A stretch of 57,856 bases of DNA, from assembly GCA_001275005.1 (NCBI GenBank), contig JWZX01003305.1, positions 1 to 57,856 on the forward strand, written 5' to 3'. The number at the start of each line of letters is the position of its first letter. The stretch's first letter is position 1. Positions 1 through 10,800 of the stretch are shown in pieces. Position numbers and translations under genes: made by a program. This stretch comes from Chrysochromulina tobinii (taxonomy: Eukaryota). Below the pieces are notes generated by a model, which was given only the letters and a program-made list of their open reading frames with translations, had not been told where the DNA came from and made no database searches.

Positions 1-34
1 CACCGCCCGTTCCCATTCCACACACCGCGAGCAG

Positions 35-505
35 GTGTATCGCCTGCCGTGCGAGCTCAATCGACGCGACTACCGATTCAACCACTATGAGCCTGACTTC
101 ATGTGCGCCCCACCCTCTCATCTACCGCTCCACCCTCTCATCTGCCGCCGGCATTCCCTCGTATCGCCGCTGTCGGACCCCGCCACCAACCCTCGGCGAC
201 TTGAATTCAACCCCCACAAGCTGCCCCCACACCCGACCACAACCCATCCCCACGCGCGCCGCAGGTACTCCTCTCACTGCCTCTCGCCCACGTGGACCGA
301 GCCCGGAGTGCTCCACGGCAATGGGAGGGCCTTTGACAACGACGAAATCGAGGGCGCCAGCGCCGGCACCAACCGCTCCGACCCTTTCTCGCCTCGTCGC
401 GTGATGCAACTCGCCACCACATTCTATCGGCTCAAGCCGCAGCCCGAAAGGAAGGCACCGAATCAGGCCAACTACTACGAACGTAGTACGAAAACGAATA
501 ACTAA
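35..505 (+). CDS. 3' part of a probable GT8-family glycosyltransferase (glucoside xylosyltransferase-like); exons 35-102 and 265-505, 5' end outside the window
   Basis: Acceptor CAG at 32-34. Removing the GT-AG intron 103-264 gives VYRLPCELNRR...MYSSHC...GVLHGNGRAF, which resembles the GXYLT C-terminal PCxWN...C...ILHGNR motif. Confidence 0.55.
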   Translation: MYRLPCELNRRDYRFNHYEPDFMCAPPSHLPLHPLICRRHSLVSPLSDPATNPRRLEFNPHKLPPHPTTTHPHARRRYSSHCLSPTWTEPGVLHGNGRAFDNDEIEGASAGTNRSDPFSPRRVMQLATTFYRLKPQPERKAPNQANYYERSTKTNN

Positions 506-785
506 AACAAAGGCCGATATTTTTGACTTGAAAATTCCAATTTGAAATTATTATAGAAATACCTTGGCGCTTGAACGCTTGGGGCGCTGTGTCTGGCATA
601 GCCAGTGACACGAAACGAATCGCATGCTGCAATTTATTCCTAAATGAATACTCACGACTTGGTTCTGCGAGAGACCGTTACACTACTGTCCATTTAAAGC
701 CACTTTTCTCATGGTGGGTATGACAATCGATGTCGAGTCGCCCCGCTTCATTCCACGGCAAGATCCGCTGCTCAGCAACACAGCC

Positions 786-3148
786 ATGTCCGCTTCGCTT
801 TTCCATCTTGATGGCGGCGGCGTCAACGGCGGCTTTGGGGCCCGCCCATCGACAGCGCGTGGGAATCTGTCGTGGATGAGACACGTCGCAGCCCAGTGGC
901 AGCCCAGTGCGGCTGCGATCGAGGCGGCTCACCTTGCTCTGACCACCGACGCGGGCTACTCAGTTGCTCAGAAGCGCCTGTGGGCACTAATATCCGAGAT
1001 CAAAGCCCTCTCATCGATGCTTTCCCCCGCCGACTATCGCGCGGCTTCGGTGCACCTCTCGGTGCTTGCAGGCCAAGCACCGCCAGAGCCCCTCGTGCAT
1101 CACGAGGAGCGACCGCACTCGCCAGGTCATCCAGGCCGTGCGAGGCTCTCGCTCACGCCTCGCTCGCCCGCCTCGCGCTCGCCCCTCACCACTCGTGCCA
1201 CTCCAACGGTGATGTCCAAAACTTCCCCCACTAGTTTTAGGCCGCCCACACAGCGGTCAGCCTCCCCCTTCCGGCCGAGCTCGATGCGCCCCGGCTCGGC
1301 CATGCCCGCCCCTATTCTGGCGGATATCAGGCTCGCCGGCTCGGAGGCGCGCCCGATTGTCGACGATGGCTCCGCCGTTGGCAAATGGGTTGCCAACCGG
1401 CTGGGGGCCGTTGAGCAGCAGGTACGCGACTGATTGCCACTGATTGCCACTGATTGCCACTGATTGCCACTGATTTCAGATGGGCGCCGTTGAGCAGGTA
1501 CGCGAGCTGCACGAGCAGGTGCCCCGTGCTCCCTCTCCGCAGACCATGCTGCAGACAGTTGGGTCCTCGGGCCGCGCCCTCGTCGGCTCCGGCATCCGTC
1601 AGCGCCAGTGTCGTGGCCTCCGCCGCAGTGAGCTCCGAGGACGTGGGAGTGCAGCCGGCTCGTCTCGATGGAGACCCCACACTGTGGGAGGTACGTGACG
1701 TGGCTGAGTGGCTCCGGCTGTACGCTCAGCTCAGCGTGGCGCAGGTACGCTCGGCGATTGAGGAGCATAGCGTCGCATGCGGGCTCGACTTACTCGCGCT
1801 CGATGACGGCGACTTGCACGCTCTCGGCCTGACGCGCGTCGCCGAGCGCAAGCAGCTGTTGCGGATGCTGGCAGCGCTACGCCTGCGTGCGCGGCGCGCC
1901 GTCTCGGAGGCACGCTCCCGCGTCTACTGCGTCGCGCAGCAGCACCGTCTAGCGGCGCTCTCGGAGTGCGTGCACGAGGTCTTGGTGCATAGCTGCGACA
2001 CGCTCAACCTCAAGACGCAGCGGCTGCTGGTGGCGCTTTGGTCGCAGTGCGAGGGGCTGGGGGAAGATGCGCTAGCTCGTGTGGAACGTGATGCGACGGC
2101 TTGGCGCGTGCGCGAGCAGGTGATTGCCACTGATGGCGTCTGATTGGGGTCTGATTGCCACCGATTGCATCTGTGTAGCATCTGTGATTGCCACTCATTG
2201 CATCTGATGGCGTCGGATGGCGTCTGATGGCATCTGATGGCATCTGATGGCTTAATTTGATGGCATCTGATGGCATCTTATCGCATGCGCGAGCAGGCTA
2301 TGGTGGACGAGAGGCAGGCAGAGACTCGCACCATCCTCGAGCGCGAGATGAGAGCGCGCGCCGAGTGCGAGGACTATGCGACGGAGCTGCAGGAGCGGCT
2401 GAGGCTCGAGAGGATCAAGATCGACATCTTGCTTGAGGCGGTGCCCGAAATCACGGTGACGGGCGAGCGCACGGTGCCCGATGCGGAGAGAGACCCGGCC
2501 GGTGCACTGCAGTGGGCGCAGGAGTACTCCGCGTTGATGGAGGAGGCCAAGGCGCGGCACGCGAGCGGCGCGCTGCCATCCAATGGAGGGAACGCGCTCG
2601 AGGGGCCCCAGCACCAGCATTTCAACCCGGTGACGCCTGAGCACTGGGCCGCGGTGCCTGCCAGCCTAGGGCTCGAGCTGCACCAGGCGGGCGCCGCCCT
2701 GGGCGAGTTGGTCGATGTGACCCTCAAGGAGCGCGCTGCGATGGCCAAGCACTTTGTCGAGGCCGAATGGGTCGTCGCGGACCTCAACAAGGCGCACCTC
2801 GCAGCACACGACGCTGCCTTCCGCGCGGCCCTGCATCGGCCAGGGGATGAGAAGCTGCACGACGCTGCATTCAAGCACGGGCTCGAGGGCAAGCCGGCGC
2901 CTGGACTGCCCCAGGTTCAGAAGCACCGCAAGGCCTCGGCAGCCCGCGACGAGCACCTGGCGCAGCTGAGCGCCGAGACAGCGCCGCTGCCCGGGTCGCC
3001 CTCGAGCATCACCCAAGGGTCGCCTGGTTTGCCTCGCTCACCCAAAGGTGGACCGCCCGGCACTCCCTCGAGCATCCAAGCGCGCCGGATTGACAAGGAG
3101 CTCCAAAAGTCAAAGCTCGGGCAGCCCGCCGCGGGGGGAGCAAGCTAA
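786..3148 (+). CDS. SAM-domain and coiled-coil protein, multi-exon (introns 1422-1497, probably 1519-1654, and 2120-2296)
   Basis: ORFs 711-1433, 1480-1698, 1454-2143 and 2270-3148 join in frame across GT-AG introns. WEVRDVAEWL...GLDLLALDDGDLHALGLTRVAERKQLLRML is a SAM signature. The start codon and the middle intron are uncertain. Confidence 0.65.
1422..1497 (+). other. Intron with (TGATTGCCAC)x4 filler between two copies of GCCGTTGAGCAG..GTACGCGA
   Basis: GT at 1422 and AG at 1496-1497; direct repeat at 1407-1429 and 1486-1505; removal restores the reading frame. Confidence 0.8.
2120..2296 (+). other. Intron with TGATTGCCAC/TGATGGCATC decamer filler; its 3' end duplicates the upstream exon end
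   Basis: CGCGTGCGCGAGCAG|G at the donor versus CGCATGCGCGAGCAG|G at the acceptor; in-frame join VREQ|AMVDE. Confidence 0.8.
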
Positions 3149-3511
3149 GGAGCAAGCTCATGAACGTGCCCAGCAGAGCGCCAAGGTTGGCCCTTTTTGG
3201 CCCTCCGCGAGAGAGCGTGCTCGGGCGAAGAGGAAGGACGCGGCGGGCGGGGGGGGCTGAGGGGCGGTGTGTCGGTCGGTGGACCCGGCTCCAGGTGAGT
3301 CTCGATTTGATGTTTACTAGATTATGTGAACGTTGTCCACTCTCCAACCCACTCAACACTCTGACCAGGGGACGTTTCAGTTCACACCTGCAGAGGTCAT
3401 TCACACCTTCCATTCGGCGCCCTCGACTTCGCGGGCGCGTCGGGACCAAACGACTGCACCAGGCCGTGAATCTCGTCGTACTGTGCCTTTCCTTGCCTCG
3501 GATACGCCTAG

Positions 3512-4498
3512 ATGGGCGACACTCGAAAGCGCTGGCAGCTCTGGGAGGGCACGCACCGATTTTTCTGGGACGGCCGCTTGATGCTTGCCCGCGACTTTGC
3601 CATCGGTCTGTGCTCAATCTCATTCATGTCGGCGCTCTTCCTCGTGTGGGGTGTGTTCGTGTGCCCTCACCTGGACACGCTCACAACTTTGGCTGCATGG
3701 CTGTTGTATGGCGTCTCCATGTATCTCTTCGTGGTCGTGTGGACAACCGACCCAGGCGTGATACCAAGCAACCGTGGCCACCTCTCATCAGACGAGGCTG
3801 TTGCTTTTGCTGCCGAGGAGCGCTCATGCGAAGTGAACGGCGTGGCACTGCCCTTAAAATGGTGCCGCACTTGCCACATCTTCCGGCCTCTGCGCGCCAG
3901 CCACTGTTCGACCTGTGACGTCTGTGTGGAGCGCTTCGACCATCACTGCATGTGGATGGGATCGTGCATAGGCGGTCGCAACTATCGACTCTTTGTCCTG
4001 TTCATCAACTCACTTTGCGTACTCGGATCTTTTGTTTTGGGCGCGACAGGGGTAGCCACGCACCGCGCGATGGCGGTCTCATCAGCCCATGACGCCGTGT
4101 GCAGCAACTTGCCTCAGATGCCCAGAGCCATGTGGGCGCGTCAGGCGTTGTGTTTCGTCACGCGACTCACTGCCTATGGGCCGGTGCATCCGGCCTGGTT
4201 CGTCGTCGTCTTGGTCTTCACGTTTGGCGTGTGGGTGCCCTTCGCCAACTACCACCTCAAGCTCCTGATGCGCAACCAGACGACCTATGAGTATCGGAAG
4301 CAAGCGCCTCCGCATAGTAGTGCCTCGAATCCGTTCTCGAGGGGTGCCTGGCGCAACACGGTCGAAGCGTGCTGCCACCCACGCCCGCCCTCGCATCTGC
4401 AAACCCGTGCCGTCCTGAGCGAAGTCGAGCGATTGCGCGCGGAGCGTGTCCTTGCGGAAAAGGGGGCGGAGAAGGTACTCGCCTACAAACAAGACTAA
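3512..4498 (+). CDS. DHHC palmitoyltransferase (ZDHHC9/14/ERF2-like)
   Basis: DPG motif; WCRTCHIFRPLRASHCSTCDVCVERFDHHCMWMGSCIGGRNY; NQTTYE motif; four hydrophobic segments. Confidence 0.95.
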   Translation: MGDTRKRWQLWEGTHRFFWDGRLMLARDFAIGLCSISFMSALFLVWGVFVCPHLDTLTTLAAWLLYGVSMYLFVVVWTTDPGVIPSNRGHLSSDEAVAFAAEERSCEVNGVALPLKWCRTCHIFRPLRASHCSTCDVCVERFDHHCMWMGSCIGGRNYRLFVLFINSLCVLGSFVLGATGVATHRAMAVSSAHDAVCSNLPQMPRAMWARQALCFVTRLTAYGPVHPAWFVVVLVFTFGVWVPFANYHLKLLMRNQTTYEYRKQAPPHSSASNPFSRGAWRNTVEACCHPRPPSHLQTRAVLSEVERLRAERVLAEKGAEKVLAYKQD

Positions 4499-4574
4499 TA
4501 CATGTCGCTCTTGGTCTTGCCCTCTTGCGAGTATTAACAGCCTGTTCACGCTTCTTACAAAAGCTGGGTCTGTA

Positions 4575-7259
4575 ATGCCGCCCGACGCCCTCACCTCCGA
4601 CGGCGCTGCTCTGGCTGGTGACGTCGCGAAAGCTGCGCGGGCTTGGGACATCGGCGATGCTGCTCTAGCTGGGGACGTGGCGGCGCTTCAGTCGGCCATC
4701 GAGGCGGGCGCCGACGTCAACAGTGCCAATGACAGTGGGGCACACCCACTTATGCTTGCCGCCCACGATGCTAGCGTAGAATGCGTCTCGCTGCTCCTGA
4801 AGTCGGGCGCAGATGTGCACCGCGCTACTCGGAAAGGGCGCACCGCGCTGCACGTAGCCACGACGCGGCGTGCCCTCTGGGTGAAGGGCCATGGATCGTT
4901 CATCGCCTCCGAAAAGCCCACACCCACAGACGACGCGGCGATCGCACGCATCATCGAGCAGTTTGATGATGTCATCGATCTACTCGAATCCCGTGCCATC
5001 GACAAGGCTGTTATCGAACGTGCCACTGCCCAGCTTGGCTCCCCAGCATCGGTGACCGCATCGCCCTTTGCGCCCGCCCCTGCTGCCACCCCGGATGCGA
5101 GTTCTGCGACGTGGCTCGCCGCCAACGCGGAGAAGGCGGTAGTCATGGATGTGGCACCTGGCCGTGGATGGGACTACATCCAAGGTAAGGGTGCAGCTGT
5201 GCTTCGACACCTCGAGACAGGTCATGCTGTTGGTCTTTCGGATGGCTCAAATGGCTGGGTACATCTTAAGCAGGGTGCTACAGCGCCTGAACTGGTTGAG
5301 TTTTCTTCAGATAGCACTCAACCACAGGATTGGAGTGCCGAAGAGCGCAGATTGCTTGGCATTCTCATGACTTCGCCAGGCGCTCATCCGCTGAGCACAT
5401 CGTTGTGCTGCACCACCACGTTTGGTCGTTGGAAGTTCACTATCGAGGACAGTGGCCTTGTCATGCTACAGAATTCGTCTCATGGTGAGTCACCGGAGAG
5501 AACGCGCTGTCTCGCAGCGCATGGATACGAACGAGCACGGAGCGCTCACCACCTAACGGAGATTGTGGCCAAACATGCAGCTTTGCAGGGGAAGACCGCC
5601 GGCACCAACGCGCCGGCGCTCGCGATCGCGACTCCGAGCCTTTTCGGAGGCGCACCGGCGCCAACCGCCGGCCTCTTCGGAGGCGCACCGGCGCCAGCCG
5701 CCGGCCTTTTCGGAGGCGCACCGGCGCCAGCCGCCGGCCTTTTCGGAGGCGCACCGGCGCCAGCTGTCAACCCCTTCAACGCGCCAGCCGCCGGCCTCTT
5801 CGGTCGCGCACCGGCGCCAGCCGCCGGCCTTTTCGGAGGCGCACCGGCGCCAGCCGCCGGCCTTTTCGGAGGCGCACCGGCGCCAGCTGTCAACCCCTTC
5901 AACGCGCCTTCAACATTTGGTGCGCCCGCGCCCGCGCCCGCGGTCGGGTTCGGCGGCTTTGGCGGGGGTGCCGCTGGCTTTGGCGGGGGAGTCGTTGCGC
6001 CCGCGCCCGCGCCCGCGGTCGGCTTCGGCGGCTTTGGCGGTGGTGCCGCTTGCTTCGGCGGTGGTGCCGCCGGCTTCGGCGGTGGTGCCGCCGGCTTCGG
6101 CGGGGCGGCCGCGGCCGGCACGGGCAACCCACCTTATAAGCCGGTGCAGGAGAGGGAGCAGGTCGCGGGCGCGCCCGGCCAAGTGCAGGTATACCAGTAC
6201 TGCTCGATCACCAAGATGCCTCAGTACGACGCCAAATCGTTGGAGGAGCTCCGGTTCGAGGACTACGCCAAGGGTAATACGGGTGCAGCCGTGCTTCGGG
6301 TGGAGGGCGCCGGTGCTTACGACCATGTCCAAGGTGAGTACAAGGTGGACGTCGCCGCGGGGCTCAAAGATGGGGTGCCCTGCTACATCAAGGTCGGCGA
6401 CCCGAGCGTAGCCTTTGGTAATGTACAAGCAACGAGTACGATCACACGGCGCGATGGCAAGTGGTGGATTGCCTCGAGCCTCTCAAATCAGCCTCCGAGC
6501 ATGCTGTATTCGGTCGCCTCGACCGGCGACAAGCCGCCTCCAACGGGCTGGGGCAGGGCCGGCTGCATGCCCCTCCCCACCGGCCTCTTCGCGCCTAGCG
6601 CGGACAAGATGGCGCTGATGCCATCGATCGTGCCACTGGCAGCGGGAGCGGTGGCGAGCGCACCAATAGCTTTCAGTGCTACTGGCGGATCCATCTCTTC
6701 TGCGGCCGGCAGCTTCGGATTTGGAGTGACGGCGCCGGCAGCTGCCCCTGCCTTCGGAGGCGGCAGCTGCACTGCCGCCTCCTCTCCCTTTGGAGGAGCT
6801 GCCGCCACCTCTCCCTTTGGAGGAGCTGCCGCCACCTCTCCTTTTGGAGGCGCTGCATTTGGAGGAGCACCTTCCTTCGGCGCCGCGGGAAGGCCGGGAG
6901 CGACAACCGCGTCGGCGCCCTCCTCCTCTCCCTTTGGCGGCCCGCCTGCTGGTGGGGTCCTCTTTGGCTCCCCAGCATCGGCCACCGCACCGCCCTTTGC
7001 GCCCTCCTCCTCTCCCTTTGGCGGCCCGCCTGCTGGTGGGGTCCTCTTTGGCTCCCCAGCATCGGTGATTACATCGCCCTTCATGCCCGCCCCGGCAGCT
7101 TCGTCAGTGTTTGGCCCTGCCCCAGCCCCGCCACCGCCCACCCTCGTCGGCTCGCCAGAAGCGGCGACCGCATCCTCCTTCGGTGCCATCGCGGCGAGTG
7201 CCCCCGAACCCTCGGCAGGCGAATGTGTGCTCTTGACGTCCCTTGCCGATGAGCTCTAG
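4575..7259 (+). CDS. Ankyrin-repeat protein fused to Nup98-like GLFG/FG repeats and a GLEBS-like motif
   Basis: N-terminal ankyrin repeats (GADVNSANDSGAHPLMLAA, GRTALHVA); GLFGGAPAPAA repeats; GTGNPPYKPV...YCSITKMPQYDAKSLEELRFEDY matches the Nup98/Nup116 GLEBS motif. Confidence 0.75.
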   Translation: MPPDALTSDGAALAGDVAKAARAWDIGDAALAGDVAALQSAIEAGADVNSANDSGAHPLMLAAHDASVECVSLLLKSGADVHRATRKGRTALHVATTRRALWVKGHGSFIASEKPTPTDDAAIARIIEQFDDVIDLLESRAIDKAVIERATAQLGSPASVTASPFAPAPAATPDASSATWLAANAEKAVVMDVAPGRGWDYIQGKGAAVLRHLETGHAVGLSDGSNGWVHLKQGATAPELVEFSSDSTQPQDWSAEERRLLGILMTSPGAHPLSTSLCCTTTFGRWKFTIEDSGLVMLQNSSHGESPERTRCLAAHGYERARSAHHLTEIVAKHAALQGKTAGTNAPALAIATPSLFGGAPAPTAGLFGGAPAPAAGLFGGAPAPAAGLFGGAPAPAVNPFNAPAAGLFGRAPAPAAGLFGGAPAPAAGLFGGAPAPAVNPFNAPSTFGAPAPAPAVGFGGFGGGAAGFGGGVVAPAPAPAVGFGGFGGGAACFGGGAAGFGGGAAGFGGAAAAGTGNPPYKPVQEREQVAGAPGQVQVYQYCSITKMPQYDAKSLEELRFEDYAKGNTGAAVLRVEGAGAYDHVQGEYKVDVAAGLKDGVPCYIKVGDPSVAFGNVQATSTITRRDGKWWIASSLSNQPPSMLYSVASTGDKPPPTGWGRAGCMPLPTGLFAPSADKMALMPSIVPLAAGAVASAPIAFSATGGSISSAAGSFGFGVTAPAAAPAFGGGSCTAASSPFGGAAATSPFGGAAATSPFGGAAFGGAPSFGAAGRPGATTASAPSSSPFGGPPAGGVLFGSPASATAPPFAPSSSPFGGPPAGGVLFGSPASVITSPFMPAPAASSVFGPAPAPPPPTLVGSPEAATASSFGAIAASAPEPSAGECVLLTSLADEL
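5637..6110 (+). repeat. Coding tandem repeats (33-nt GLFGGAPAPAA units and GFGG units)
   Basis: Near-identical GCCTTTTCGGAGGCGCACCGGCGCCAGCCGCCG units are visible directly. Confidence 0.9.
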
Positions 7260-7844
7260 CTCACGATCTGGACTCTGCGGGGGGGAGCTGCCATCCGAGC
7301 GGTCCGAGAAAACACTATGCATGCGAGGGATGGTTGGGGCATGGGAGCGCAAGATCGCCGCATGTTGAGCGTGATGAAGTGAGAACATGCCATGCAAGCG
7401 CCGTGCAACGGCCTGCACCTCAAGTTCACAGGAGCACGACTCGACTCGTGAGAAAATTTAGAGGAAATGGGAGACCCTCTCCGGAGTGACCTGTATGACA
7501 TGCACTGGCCGGGCAGGGTGTGGGAGTGGTACCACGCCATGGAGTGGTTCTCGATTTGACTGGTAGCTGCGGTCATCATGCTGTAGCATGCTGGTGCGGA
7601 AACGTCTCTCGTCTGTAGTATCGTGTGGCATGCGAACAACTGGCGAGGCTGTATCGCGGCTGTGGATCTTTATTTGTAATAATTTCATGTCCAAAGTGCA
7701 AAGATCAACTTGGGGCGCTAAACTTTTCAGCTCCTGTACTAAAGCATGCAGCCGGTGTTCGCCAATTGCCAAACGCCAACCGGCATTCTCGATCTCAATC
7801 CCGTTAGCCTCCCCGCCCCTCGCCCGCTCGGGCGCCGCACACTC

Positions 7845-10800
7845 TCACTCGCTCACGAAATCGTCGAACGCGCCCCGAGGCGCTGCCGGCGGCGGTGCGA
7901 GGCCCGGGAAAGCGCAGAGGGTCGTCCGTAGCTCGGCAAGCTTCTTTCGTATGTGCTCGATGCGCGGATGGTTGGGCGGCAGACGGCGCTCACAGATGGC
8001 GATTGCCGTGAGGTAGAGCGCCTCGGCCTCGCGCGGCAACCCGCGCTTCTCGAGCGTGGCCGCAAGGTTGTTGTACACGACACCCAGCTGGGGATCTCCG
8101 GGGTCGAGGCTCTGTTTCAGCTGGAGCGCCTCGCGGAAGAGCGCCTCCGCCTCGTCGTACGACTGGGCCTTGTACGCCGCCATGCCGCGCTTATACGCGT
8201 CCTCGTAGGCGCCCTCGATCGAAGTTGTGCCCCTATCCATCGCCCAAAATGAGCCGCCGGCCGGTGGCTCGGCACTCGGCGCCGGCGCGGCGGCTGGGCC
8301 GTTCGCCTCCATCCGCGCCCGCAGCCCGCGCTCGAAGGCAGCAGCGCCCTGGTCCACGAGGCTGGCGTGACGCTCGCTGAGGTCCATGGCATGCAGCGGC
8401 GGTAGCACGCCGATGCGCACGTGGCCTTCGCTCTGACGAAGCACCTCAGCGGCCTGGTTCGGGGTCTCGATGAGCACGCCGTCGATCGAGATGATGCGGT
8501 CGCCGCGCGCGACCAGGTCAGCCATGGGCCCCTCCGCCACCACCATCTCCACGATGGCGCCCACAATGGCGCGGGCACGAAGGCCCTTTGTAGGAAGGCC
8601 CGTGACGCCGCGCGCGCGCGCCTCCTCCTCAGAGAAGAATCGGATCCCCACCTTCTGCGACTGGGTCGCCTTGTACAGCGTGACAAGACGCTCGCCTCGC
8701 TCGCCCTCCTCCTCGCCCTCCTCCTCGCCCTCCTCCTCGCCCTCCTCCTCGCCCTCCGCCGGCTCGGCCATACCCGGCGCGCCCGCCTCAGCCTCGCCAG
8801 AGAAGAGGTGAGGCATGGGGCTGGGGTGAGGCATGGACACTGGCGGCCTGGGGACCTGCGGCTTCGGAACCTGCGGCCTGGGCACCTGGGGCTGAGCCGG
8901 GCCCTGCCTGCCATGCTCAAAACTCTTGTACTCCCGCGTGAGCTGCGGCTTGGGGACCTGCGGCTTCGGAACCTGTGGCCTGGGCACCTGCGGCATCGAA
9001 GGCGACTGCGAGGCGTCGTCGCCACTGAATGGCGACTGCGGAGGTGGCGCGACCAGCCTGATGACCTCATCATCATCAAGGACGCTGGCCCCCGGCTTGC
9101 GGAAGCTCTGCCGATAAGCTTGCAGCTCGGCCGTCCGAGCTGCGATCTGAGCGGCGAGATCGAGGTCAGCGCGAGCATGAGGTGACGCGGCCAATGACGA
9201 ACCCGACGAAGCATCCGCCGCGCGGTCGCGCCGAGAGATCTGGTCCTCAAACTTCTCGACGGTCTGGATCACGGTCTGAGCCGTCGCGGCCGCGCCCGCG
9301 ACGGCGCCCGACACGAGCGACTTGCCCACAGGCCCAAGGACGGCCGATCCAAATTTGGCCACTTGCCCAGCCACCTCGCCTGCCACCTGACCGGCCACCG
9401 CCGCGAGGTCCGTTTCTGACAGCATGCTGCCTGCGCTCCCGCTGCCACCGTAGGCGCCGCCGCCACCGCCGTAGGTGCGCATTGGCGCCACAGCGGCGGC
9501 TGCGGACGCCTCGGGCAAGGCATTGTGGGTTCGACGATCCGGCGAATAGGTGGGCTCCAGCTCGTCGAACAGCCCGATTGGGTGGAGCTGTAATCCGTCG
9601 GGCGCTTGCACTCCGCGCCCATCCCAACCAAAGCCAACGCCCTTACCGTCGTCCATCCTGTTGCTTGTCGCCCTCCCCTTGGCAGCTGCCTCCTCCGCGG
9701 CGGCCGCCCTTGCCTCCGCGGCCGCCGCCCTCGCCTCGGCGGCCGCCGCCCTTGCCTCTGCTGCCGCTCTCGCTTCATCAGCAAACTCGAGCTGCGCCTC
9801 GAGCTGTGCCACTGCCATCGATGGCGCCGCCACCACCCGCGCCGCCACCGCCGCCTGCGCTGCCGCCGCCGGCGCCGCCACCTCCTGCGCCGCCACATCC
9901 TCGGCCGCCCCGATGGTCGCACCCGCTGCTGCCACGTCCGCTGCTGCCACGTCCGCTGCTGCCACGTCTGCTGCTGCCACGGCCGCTTCCTGTGCCACGG
10001 CCGCCGCAGTCGCCCTTGCCGCGACCTGCGCCTCGATTGCACTCGCCTCCGCCGCCTTCTTGGCCACCAGCGCTGTCTCAGCAGCTGCCGCCTCGGCCGC
10101 CTCAGCCCTCTTAATCGCCTGCGTGGCCGCCGCCTCCGCCGCCCACACCCGCTGCTCAAACTGGGCGGCCGCCATCTCGGCGGCAGACGCCCTTGCGACG
10201 GCCTTGATCTCGGCGGCGGCGTTCATCTCGGCCTTCGTCTCGGCGACCGCCGCCGCGGCGGCAGCCTCGGCGGCCGCCGCCTCGGCCGCCGTTGCTCGAA
10301 GGGTAGCCTCCGCCTCAGCAGCCTCGGCAGCTTGCACCCGCAGCTTCGCCTCCGCCATCGCCGCCTCCGCCTCCTCGCGTGCTGCCTCGGTGGCGATCGC
10401 CTTTTGCTGCCAGCTCTCGGCCGCCGCCTTGGCCTCTGTTCGCCAGCGCATCGCCTCCTCCTTGGCCTTGTCTGCCGCCTCACCCTTCTCTCTCGCCGCC
10501 GCCGCCGCCGCCGAGCTGATCTCGTCGCTCGCGCCCGCACCCGCCTGCCACGCGGCCTCGGCCGCCAGGGCCCGTTGCCTCCATTCCTCAGCCGCCGCCT
10601 CGCCTGCCGCCGCTTTGGCAGAGGCCTCCTCCAACTCCGCCGTCAGTTTCGCCATCTGCTCCGCCGTCAGTGCGGCGGCCGCGTTCGCGGCGTCGGACGT
10701 TGCCGCCGCTGCATAAGCTTTCTCCATGGCGGCCTCGGCCGAGCCTACCGCGGCCAGCCCTTGCTCACGTGCCAGCTTCGCCGCTTCCTCGGCTGCGAAC

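Noticed and set aside
7260..7760. Possible extra exons (Nup98 autoprotease) after the FG gene
   Set aside because: No HF/S autoproteolysis motif or sustained open frame seen.
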